Assembly: GCA_048595045.1 (NCBI GenBank)
Contig: JBMDXS010000075.1
Span: 355 to 64,354 of the forward strand
Direction: 5' to 3'
From: Acidimicrobiia bacterium
GTDB taxonomy: Bacteria > Actinomycetota > Acidimicrobiia > Spongiisociales > ZC4RG35
Length of the DNA: 64,000 bases
This document shows positions 56,653 to 64,000 of this stretch, piece by piece; positions within the stretch are counted from its first letter, which is position 1; each line of letters begins with the position of its first letter. The notes beneath the pieces were generated by a model that saw nothing but the letters and a program-made list of their open reading frames with translations, searched no databases and had not been told where the DNA came from. A program made the translations under genes and the position numbers.

Positions 56653-58032
56653 TTGCTCCACGACCTCGACAGCGAAGCTGCCCTCGACCCGGCTCGGGTC
56701 GGGGCCAAGGCAGCCTGGCTGGGTCGAGCCCGACGCGCCGGGCTCCCGGTCCTGCCCGGGCTGGTGGTCGACTCGGCGGCGTCGCTCGAACACATGTCCC
56801 TCGGGGCGAAGATGCTGGCCGATCGTGGCTCCGGTGGGGCACGTCTCGCCATGACAGCCGCTCCACCACCGCTGGCCGACGAGTTGGTGGCCCGTGCCGG
56901 GCGGCTGGGTGCAGTGCTCGTCGCCCGGTCATCGACCAGGCTCGAGGCATCGGGCGAGTGGTCTGGCGCCTTCACCTCCTATCTCGAAGTCTCACCGGCC
57001 GAGCTCCCCAGGGCGGTGACCGGGTGCTGGGCTTCGGCGTTCTCGGTGGCGGCCCTGGAACGACAGTCGGCCACCGGGGTCGCCCCTGGGTCCGTCGCGA
57101 TGGCGGTGCTGGTGCAGCCGGCCATCGAACCGGAAGCCGGAGGCACGGCGCGTTTCGAGACCGACGGCACCATGGTGGTGACCGGGGTGAAGGGGTCTCC
57201 CGCACCCTTGCTCCAGGGGTGGGCCAGTGGCCACACCGGGCCGGAGCTGGTCGAGGTGATCGGTGTAGAGGCAATCGAGCGGGTGGAGTCGATCCTCCGC
57301 GAGGCACACGAGGCCACGGGTGCCAATCGTTGTGAATGGGCCCTGCTCGACGGCGTGGTCTGGGTCCTCCAGCTCGGCCAGGCGGTACCAGAGGATCGAT
57401 CCCGGAGAATCGACCCCGGCCCGATGGATCCTCGACTCACCCGGATCGCCCGGATCGTGGTCGGATACGGGGAAGAGGCCTGGGAGCGATACCTCGTCGA
57501 GAGGGGGATGGGCCACTCGATCGACCAGGTCCTTCTGGGACCGGACCCTGGCCCGGCACTGGACGCGATCGACCGGGCGCCACCGATCCGGCGCCACGCC
57601 GGCGAGCTGCACGAGCCGGCCGGGCAACCGGACATCGAGCACCAGGGCCGGCGCCGCGGGGTTGGGCGTTGGGAGCCCTTCGTCGCATCCATCGTCCTCG
57701 GCAACGGCCACCGGGTCCAGGGAACACCCGCTTCGGCAGGCATAGCAGCCGGGGTGCTGACCCGTCCCGAGGACTTCCGGGTCCCCTTGCCGTCGCGTCG
57801 CGTCCTGGCCGCCGGGCAGCCGGTTCCCAACCTGGCCCCCCTCCTCTGGGATGCCGCGGCCATCGTCACCGAGACGGGGAGCCCCGCCGCCCACCTGTTC
57901 GAGTCCGCCCGGGCTCTGCGGGTCCCGGCGGTCTGTGGGGTCGCCATCCCGCCGGGTGATTTGATCGTGGCCGTTGACGGGCAAGATGGGGTGGTGGCGA
58001 CCATCTCTCTATACGGGGAAGACCATGTCTGA
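56653..58032 (+). CDS. PEP-utilising-enzyme-like protein: PPDK_N ATP-grasp plus swivel His domain, no TIM-barrel domain
   Basis: 459 aa with GAKAAWLGRARRAGLPV, VARSSTRLEASGEWSGAFTS, and C-terminal GTPASAGIAAG...TETGSPAAHLFESARALRVPAV. TTG start. Confidence 0.75.
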   Translation: MLHDLDSEAALDPARVGAKAAWLGRARRAGLPVLPGLVVDSAASLEHMSLGAKMLADRGSGGARLAMTAAPPPLADELVARAGRLGAVLVARSSTRLEASGEWSGAFTSYLEVSPAELPRAVTGCWASAFSVAALERQSATGVAPGSVAMAVLVQPAIEPEAGGTARFETDGTMVVTGVKGSPAPLLQGWASGHTGPELVEVIGVEAIERVESILREAHEATGANRCEWALLDGVVWVLQLGQAVPEDRSRRIDPGPMDPRLTRIARIVVGYGEEAWERYLVERGMGHSIDQVLLGPDPGPALDAIDRAPPIRRHAGELHEPAGQPDIEHQGRRRGVGRWEPFVASIVLGNGHRVQGTPASAGIAAGVLTRPEDFRVPLPSRRVLAAGQPVPNLAPLLWDAAAIVTETGSPAAHLFESARALRVPAVCGVAIPPGDLIVAVDGQDGVVATISLYGEDHV

Positions 58033-58900
58033 GATGATCGGGGTGATCGGCCTCGGGGTCATGGGCTCGGCGATGGCACGCAACCTGCTCGCCGCCGGGC
58101 ATGAAGTGGTCGGCTACGACGTCGAGCCATCCCGCCTCTCCACGTTTGCCGATTTCGGGGGAGAACCGGCCCACTCGGCCGCCGAGGTCTCTGGCCTCGC
58201 CGGGGTCGTCGTCTTCTCGCTGCCGACCACGGGCGCGCTGGGGGCTGTGGCCGGCGAAGTGGCGGAGGTGGGACCAGAAGGGCTGTTGTGCCTGGAGACG
58301 GGGACGTTCCCACTCGCCGACAAGCTCGCGGCGCGTGATGTCCTCGCCGGGTCCGGGATCGAGCTGATGGACACCCCGCTCTCCGGGACCGGCCTCCAGG
58401 CGGCAGACGCCACCCTCGTCGTCTTCGCCTCGGGAAGCGAGGACGGGTTCGACAGGGCTCGGCCCGTCTTCGATGCGATCGGGCGATCGACTCACTACCT
58501 GGGCGAGTTCGGCAACGGCTCGAAGATGAAGTATGTGGCCAACCTCCTGGTCGCCGTTCATGGTCTCGCCGCCGCCGAGGCCCATGCCCTGGGAATCGCC
58601 GCCGGGCTCGACCCCCAACGCGTCCAGGAGGTGATGGAGGACGGGGTCGGCTCCTCCAAGATCTTCGAGATACGCGGACCGATGATGGTGGCCGACGACT
58701 ACCCGGCTGCGGCGCGTCTCGACATCCTGCTCAAGGACTCGCGAATCATCCGAGAGTTTGCACGGTCGGTGGGCGCACCCACTCCCCTACTCGATGCAAC
58801 CGTTCCCAGCTACGAGGCGGCCAGCGAGGCGGGGCTGGGCGACCTCGACGCCGCTGCCCTCTGCAGGTACCTGGAGGAGCTGGGCGGGCTGGAACGGTGA
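58025..58900 (+). CDS. 3-hydroxyisobutyrate/6-phosphogluconate-dehydrogenase-like NAD(P) oxidoreductase
   Basis: ATG 58025 (MSEMIGVIGLGVMGSAMARNL) overlaps the upstream gene by 8 nt. Confidence 0.85.
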   Translation: MSEMIGVIGLGVMGSAMARNLLAAGHEVVGYDVEPSRLSTFADFGGEPAHSAAEVSGLAGVVVFSLPTTGALGAVAGEVAEVGPEGLLCLETGTFPLADKLAARDVLAGSGIELMDTPLSGTGLQAADATLVVFASGSEDGFDRARPVFDAIGRSTHYLGEFGNGSKMKYVANLLVAVHGLAAAEAHALGIAAGLDPQRVQEVMEDGVGSSKIFEIRGPMMVADDYPAAARLDILLKDSRIIREFARSVGAPTPLLDATVPSYEAASEAGLGDLDAAALCRYLEELGGLER

Positions 58901-61197
58901 TCGGACAGCCTCTCCGCCGGGTGGAGGACCCGAGGCTCGTCACCGGACAGGGTCGGTACGTCGATGACATCGCGCCCCCCGGGGTGCTCCACGCCGTCTT
59001 CGTGAGAAGTGTCGAGGCCCACGCCACGATCGGCTCGATCACCCTGGACGAGACTGGGATCGGGGAGCTCTTTACCGCTGCCGACCTCGGCCTGGAGCGC
59101 CCGATGCCCAACCAATACCCATCACCTCTGATCACCCAGTCGATCCAGTCCCCACCCCTCGCCATCGACGAGGTCTGTTATGTGGGGCAGCCCGTGGCAG
59201 TCGTCGTGGCAGAGACGGCGGCGGGAGCCGTGGACTGCGCCGACCTGGTGGGCGTGGACTACGAGACATTGCCGGTGATCATCGACCATCGTCGAGCCCT
59301 GGACCCAGAAGCTGCCCCGGCCCACCTCGACTCTGAGACGAACCTGGTCGGAACCCTCACCGCATCCTTTGGGGATGTCGACGCTGTCTTCACCGCTGCC
59401 CCACACCGGATCACCGTCGAGGTCGACCAGCACCGCGGCGCCCTGGCCTCCATGGAGGGCAGGGCGGTCCTGGCCCGCTGGGACGATGCCGAGCGCCGGC
59501 TCACGCTGTGGAGCTCCAGCCAGGCGCCACATGCCATCCGGGCTCAGCTGGCCGGCTATCTCGGTCTCTCCCCCGATGAGCTGCGAGTGATCGCGCCCGA
59601 CGTCGGCGGTGGCTTCGGGCCGAAAGCGGCCATCTACGCCGAGGAGTACGTCGTAGCCGCGCTGGCCCTGAAGTTGAGACGCCCGGTGAAGTGGACCGAG
59701 CGTCGCCGGGAGCATTTCGTAGCAACCAACCAGCAGCGTGGCCAGAGCGGAAACGTCGAGGCGGCCGTCGACCGGGAGGGGCTGATCCTCGGGCTTCGGG
59801 TCAGGCTGGTGCACGACTGCGGGGCCTATGTCCCCTACGGGATCGTGGTCCCGATGACCACGCTGCGTCTCCTCTCCGGGCCCTACGCCATCCCCGCTCT
59901 CGACGCCGCCATCGACGTGGTCTTCACCAACGCAACACCCACCGGGGCGATCAGGGGTGCCGGCCGCCCCAATGCCACCTTCGCCATCGAGCGAGTGGTC
60001 GACGCCATCGCCCGCGAGCTGGGGCTGGACCGGGCCGAGGTGAGGAGACGCAACTTCGTCCGACCCGATCAGCTGCCCTATGTCGTGGACATCGCCGCCT
60101 CCGACGGCCGCAGGGTGACCTACGACAGTGGCGATTACGGGGCTGCGCTCGATCGGGCGTTGCAGGTGGCCGACCTCGACGGGTTCGAGGAACGAAGGTC
60201 ACGCTCGGCCGACTCGGGCCGTCTTCGCGGCTTCGGCATCGCCTCCTATGTCGAGGACACCGGGCTCGGGCCGTACGAAGGCGTGCGTATCGAGGTGCTC
60301 ACCAATGGCGAGGTCCTGATCGAGACCGGGGCGAGCTCGCAAGGACAGGGTCACGCCACGGTGCTCGCCCAGATCTGCGCTTCCCATCTCGGCGTCAGCC
60401 CGGATCGGGTCAGGGTTCGGTCCGGCGACACGGCCGCCTACGGGCACGGCATCGCGACGGTGGCCAGCCGTAGCGGCCAGACCACCGCATCGGCCGCCCA
60501 TGTAGCCGCGGGCGATCTCGCCGAAACCGTCAAGCGCCTCGCCGCCGACCGTCTCGAGGCTTCGAGCCAGGACATCGTCCTGGCCGACGGAGTGGCCATG
60601 GTCGTGGGCCAACCCGGGACCGAGATCCCTCTCGGCGACCTGGCCGCGGGTCTTCAGCCCAAGCTGGGCGCCGTCCTGCCGGAGGGCCAGCAACGACCAG
60701 GGCTCTCGGTGGAGCGCGTCCTCCCCTTCGACGGCCTGGCATATACCTTCGGTACCCATGTGGCCGAGGTGGAGGTCGACCCGGAGACCGGCCATGTGGT
60801 CGTCGTCGGCTACGTCGTCGTCCACGACTGCGGGACGCTGCTCAACCCGATGATCGTCGATGGCCAGATCGATGGCGGCGTCGCCCACGGGTTGGGCAAT
60901 GCCCTATCGGAAGAGGTTCGGTTCAGCGAAGACGGCCAGCCGCTCACCACATCGTTCATGGACTACCGACTGATCACGGCCGCCGACATGCCTCCGCTGA
61001 CCAAGATCCACACCGAGACTCCGTCGCCGACCAACCCGCTGGGCGCAAAGGGCGCCGGCGAGGGTGGCACGATCCCCACCGCCGCTGCAGTCGCCTCCGC
61101 AGTGGAGCATGCGCTGGTGGGGATGGGGATCACCGTCGACCACTATCCGATCGGCTCGGAGTGGGTGCGCCGGGCGATCTCCCAAGCCTCCAAGTGA
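58897..61197 (+). CDS. xanthine dehydrogenase/CoxL-family molybdopterin-binding large subunit
   Basis: 766 aa with an a/b-hammerhead N-terminus (GQPLRRVEDPRLVTGQGRYVDD), GGGFGPK and AIRGAGRP. GTGA overlap with the upstream gene. Confidence 0.88.
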   Translation: MIGQPLRRVEDPRLVTGQGRYVDDIAPPGVLHAVFVRSVEAHATIGSITLDETGIGELFTAADLGLERPMPNQYPSPLITQSIQSPPLAIDEVCYVGQPVAVVVAETAAGAVDCADLVGVDYETLPVIIDHRRALDPEAAPAHLDSETNLVGTLTASFGDVDAVFTAAPHRITVEVDQHRGALASMEGRAVLARWDDAERRLTLWSSSQAPHAIRAQLAGYLGLSPDELRVIAPDVGGGFGPKAAIYAEEYVVAALALKLRRPVKWTERRREHFVATNQQRGQSGNVEAAVDREGLILGLRVRLVHDCGAYVPYGIVVPMTTLRLLSGPYAIPALDAAIDVVFTNATPTGAIRGAGRPNATFAIERVVDAIARELGLDRAEVRRRNFVRPDQLPYVVDIAASDGRRVTYDSGDYGAALDRALQVADLDGFEERRSRSADSGRLRGFGIASYVEDTGLGPYEGVRIEVLTNGEVLIETGASSQGQGHATVLAQICASHLGVSPDRVRVRSGDTAAYGHGIATVASRSGQTTASAAHVAAGDLAETVKRLAADRLEASSQDIVLADGVAMVVGQPGTEIPLGDLAAGLQPKLGAVLPEGQQRPGLSVERVLPFDGLAYTFGTHVAEVEVDPETGHVVVVGYVVVHDCGTLLNPMIVDGQIDGGVAHGLGNALSEEVRFSEDGQPLTTSFMDYRLITAADMPPLTKIHTETPSPTNPLGAKGAGEGGTIPTAAAVASAVEHALVGMGITVDHYPIGSEWVRRAISQASK

Positions 61198-62396
61198 GCC
61201 GGCACCCCAAGTCGACCGAGCCATTTCGGATCGGCTCACTGACCGGCTCCGTCTACGTGCCGAACCTCCTGTTCTCCATCGGGCAGGGGGCGGCCATACC
61301 GGTCATCGCCCTGGTCGCCCTCGATCTGGGTGCCTCCCCCGCAGCGGCCGGGTTCATCGTTGCCCTCCGCGGTATCGGGACCCTCGTGTTCGACATCCCG
61401 GCGGGTTTGATGGTGGCACGCATCGGGGAGCGCTGGTCTATGTTGTTGGCCACGGGCACCCTCGCCCTGGTCGCGGTCGGGATCGCCTCCCAGCCCAGCA
61501 TCGCCGTGTATTCGGTCCTGGTCTTTCTGCTCGGCTGCGCCTGGTCGGTTTGGGCGCTGGCTCGTCTCACCTACGCCACCGAGGCCACCCCGCTCCGCCA
61601 GCGGGGGCGGGTGATGTCGATCATGGGCGGCACCATGAGGGCCGGGCAATTCATCGGCCCGTTGATCGGCGGCCTCGTCATCATCCCACTCGGCCTGGCC
61701 GGGCCATTCTTCGCTCAAGCCCTGTTCGCCGTCGCCGCCGCGGTGACCCTCTTCTTCACGGTCGAGCCCACCGTCTCCGACTCCGGCGTAGAAACCGAGC
61801 CGACGCCCTCGCTGCGGACACTGCTCAGTGACAGTGGCCAGGTCCTCCGGACCGCCGGTTTCGTCGCGGTGGCCATCCAGGTGCTGCGGACCGCCCGTCA
61901 GGCCATCGTCCCGCTGTGGGGTGATCATCTCGGCCTCGGCGCCAGCCAAATCTCCCTGATCTTCGGAGCCTCGGCGGGGATCGAGATGGCCATCTTCTAC
62001 CCGATTGGGATGTTGATGGACCGGAAGGGACGCAAATGGGCTGCGGTTCCCTGTCTCATCTTGCTGTCGGTGGGGATGGCGCTGATTCCCCTCACGTCCA
62101 CCTTCGCCGGGCTGCTCGTCGTCGGGCTCTTCCTCGGTCTGGCCAACGGCCTCGGCGCCGGGATCAACATGGTCCTCGGATCCGACTTCTCCCCACGGCT
62201 CGGGCGGAGCCAGTTCTTTGGGATCTGGCGTCTCATCAGCGACCTCGGAACCGCAGGGGGGCCGCTGCTGGTGGCCGCCGTCACCTCGATCGCCTCACTA
62301 GGGGCGGCGGCGCTGGCCGTTGCGGGCTTCGGCCTGGTCGGCGCCACCGTCATGTGGCGGGCGGTGCCCGAGACCCTTCAAGCCGACCTCGAATGA
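61194..62396 (+). CDS. MFS transporter
   Basis: GTG 61194 overlaps the upstream stop (GTGA). About 12 TM segments and an MFS loop motif GMLMDRKGRK. Confidence 0.82.
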   Translation: MSRHPKSTEPFRIGSLTGSVYVPNLLFSIGQGAAIPVIALVALDLGASPAAAGFIVALRGIGTLVFDIPAGLMVARIGERWSMLLATGTLALVAVGIASQPSIAVYSVLVFLLGCAWSVWALARLTYATEATPLRQRGRVMSIMGGTMRAGQFIGPLIGGLVIIPLGLAGPFFAQALFAVAAAVTLFFTVEPTVSDSGVETEPTPSLRTLLSDSGQVLRTAGFVAVAIQVLRTARQAIVPLWGDHLGLGASQISLIFGASAGIEMAIFYPIGMLMDRKGRKWAAVPCLILLSVGMALIPLTSTFAGLLVVGLFLGLANGLGAGINMVLGSDFSPRLGRSQFFGIWRLISDLGTAGGPLLVAAVTSIASLGAAALAVAGFGLVGATVMWRAVPETLQADLE

Positions 62397-62484
62397 CCTC
62401 TTAGAATGACCGCAACCATTCTGGCGCTCCGACGTCGGTCTACAGACAACGTCTCCGCGCCAAATCAACAGGTCAGCTTCCCGA

Positions 62485-63786
62485 GTGTTCACCACTGTCA
62501 CACGGGCGAGGCCAGGGGAGGATGATCGGTTGACGGATCGGCTTCGACATTGGGGACGTCTGGCGGTGGTCGACGTCACCCCATTGCGCCGCGTCCCTGG
62601 CTATCGGTGGCTCTTCTCGGGGATGTTCTTCGCCCAGGCCGGCAGGCAGATGACGGTCGTGGCCGTGCCAGTGCAGGTGTACCAATTGACCGGGTCGACC
62701 CTGGCCGTGGGCCTGCTCGGCCTGGTCCAGTTGGTCCCACTCCTCCTGGTATCCGTGGTGGGGGGTGCTCTCGCCGACGCGGTCAATCGACGGAAGCTGA
62801 TAATCACCTCACAGCTGACCCTGGCCGCTACTGCGGCGGGGCTGTTGTGGAACTCCTTGGCAGAACAACCTCTCGTGTGGCCGCTATTCGCCCTTGTCGC
62901 CATCAATGCCGGTGTCTCTGCGATCGATAACCCGGCCCGTCATGCCATCGTCCCCGGTCTGGTCGGTCGGGATCTGCTTCCCGCCTCGCTCGCCCTCAAT
63001 CAGACGATGACCAATGTCGCCCACGCCGCCTTCCCGGCCATAGCCGGTCTTCTCATCGCGACGGTGAGCCTGCCGGTGACATACGGCACCGAAATGGTCA
63101 TGTTCCTCATCAGCGCCGTCCTGATGCGCCGCGTCCCCGACGTCGCCACAATCGGTGGGGGCCGAGATTTTGGCTTCTCGTCGATCGCCGAGGGATTCCG
63201 ATACCTGAAGGACCAGCGGGTGATCCAGGCCACCCTCCTCATCGATCTCAACGCAATGGTCTTCGGGATGCCCACCGCGCTGTTCCCGGCCATCGGGACC
63301 GAGGTGTTCGGTGGCAATGCGTTCACCGTAGGCCTCCTCTACGCAGCGCCGGGGGTGGGCGCCCTCCTGGCAGCACTCACGTCGGGCTGGGTGTCGACGG
63401 TGGTCCGTCAGGGGCGGGCCACCGTCTTCGCAGTGATGGGGTGGGGTCTCGCCATCGCCATCTTCGGCCTCACCGACTCCCTGCCGTTGGCCCTGGTCAT
63501 GCTGGGCTTGGCCGGCGCGGCCGACGTCGTATCCGCCATCTTCCGGGGGAGCATCGTGCAGTTGACTGCTCCCGACGAGCTACGGGGTCGCATGGGCGGG
63601 ATGCACACGGCAGTCGTGGCCAGTGGGCCCCGTCTCGGGGATCTCGAAGCCGGTGTGGTCGCCGAGTTGACCTCGATCAGGTTCAGCGTCGTATCGGGTG
63701 GCCTCGCCTGCATCGTCGGGGCCTGGCTGGTCGCCCGCTGGGCGCCCGAGTTCCTCCACTACCGGTTCGAGCCCGGCAAGCGATGA
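62485..63786 (+). CDS. MFS transporter (EntS/MFS_3-like)
   Basis: 433 aa, polytopic, with loop motif GGALADAVNRRKL. Exact start uncertain. Confidence 0.8.
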   Translation: MFTTVTRARPGEDDRLTDRLRHWGRLAVVDVTPLRRVPGYRWLFSGMFFAQAGRQMTVVAVPVQVYQLTGSTLAVGLLGLVQLVPLLLVSVVGGALADAVNRRKLIITSQLTLAATAAGLLWNSLAEQPLVWPLFALVAINAGVSAIDNPARHAIVPGLVGRDLLPASLALNQTMTNVAHAAFPAIAGLLIATVSLPVTYGTEMVMFLISAVLMRRVPDVATIGGGRDFGFSSIAEGFRYLKDQRVIQATLLIDLNAMVFGMPTALFPAIGTEVFGGNAFTVGLLYAAPGVGALLAALTSGWVSTVVRQGRATVFAVMGWGLAIAIFGLTDSLPLALVMLGLAGAADVVSAIFRGSIVQLTAPDELRGRMGGMHTAVVASGPRLGDLEAGVVAELTSIRFSVVSGGLACIVGAWLVARWAPEFLHYRFEPGKR

Positions 63787-63794
63787 GCCGACGG

Positions 63795-64000
63795 TCAGCC
63801 CAGCCCGAACACCCTGGCCGCGTTGCCACCCGAGATCGCGGCCCGATCGGCGTCGCTCAGACCCTCGGTGGCATCGATGAGTTGCACCGGGTCGGTCTCC
63901 CCCATGTCGAAGGGGTAGTCGGTGCCCAGCATGACCCGATCGACGCCGACGATGTCGACCAGATGACGCAGATAGAGCGGCTGGAAGACCATCGTGTCGT
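63795..64000 (-). CDS. amidohydrolase_2-family enzyme, 3' fragment (gene continues beyond window end)
   Basis: The C-terminus ...VDRVMLGTDYPFDMGE...AISGGNAARVFGLG is typical of the ACMSD-type amidohydrolase family. Confidence 0.6.
   Translation of the reverse strand, partial: DTMVFQPLYLRHLVDIVGVDRVMLGTDYPFDMGETDPVQLIDATEGLSDADRAAISGGNAARVFGLG

Noticed and set aside
55152-56975. A 607-aa minus-strand ORF.
   Set aside because: It lies antisense to the HMGL-like, M24 and PEP-utilising genes, all of which carry clear family motifs. The composition is low-complexity (R/P/G/D), so it is a shadow ORF.

Overview
This is a high-GC, actinobacterial-type chromosome segment, judged from a WhiB1-like regulator, DUF3107, an Arg/Gly-rich insertion in Rho, and an atpZ-atpI-atpBEFHAGDC operon.

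Content in order:
- an ABC-F ATPase and an RCK-type channel homologue;
- a complete 4-hydroxybenzoate/protocatechuate beta-ketoadipate cluster (pobA-pcaCHGBD, an IclR regulator, pcaIJ);
- the F1Fo ATP synthase operon;
- the conserved housekeeping block glyA-tsaC-prmC ... prfA-DUF1385-rpmE-rho-thrC, which is interrupted between prmC and prfA by an opposite-strand three-gene cassette (stand-alone receiver, membrane-anchored HEAT-repeat protein, processive family-2 glycosyltransferase);
- tRNA-Arg(CCG), a Thr-rich tail-anchored surface protein and a 5'-nucleotidase;
- Ku plus a ligase-only NHEJ ligase, then the WhiB1-like regulator;
- prs-glmU-tRNA-Gln(TTG);
- a roughly 23-kb catabolic island. 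It holds a sugar ABC importer, a GntR regulator, an aldolase, lactonase and dehydrogenase genes, a DctP-family protein with no signal peptide, and a tightly coupled operon (HMGL-like, M24, truncated PEP-utilising enzyme, dehydrogenase, molybdopterin hydroxylase, MFS).

Two identical-geometry TGTGA-N6-TCACA boxes sit 14 nt upstream of the first atp-operon gene and of whiB. No rRNA, CRISPR array, transposase or integrase was seen. All calls rest on motif recognition, ORF structure and synteny read from the sequence. No database search was run.
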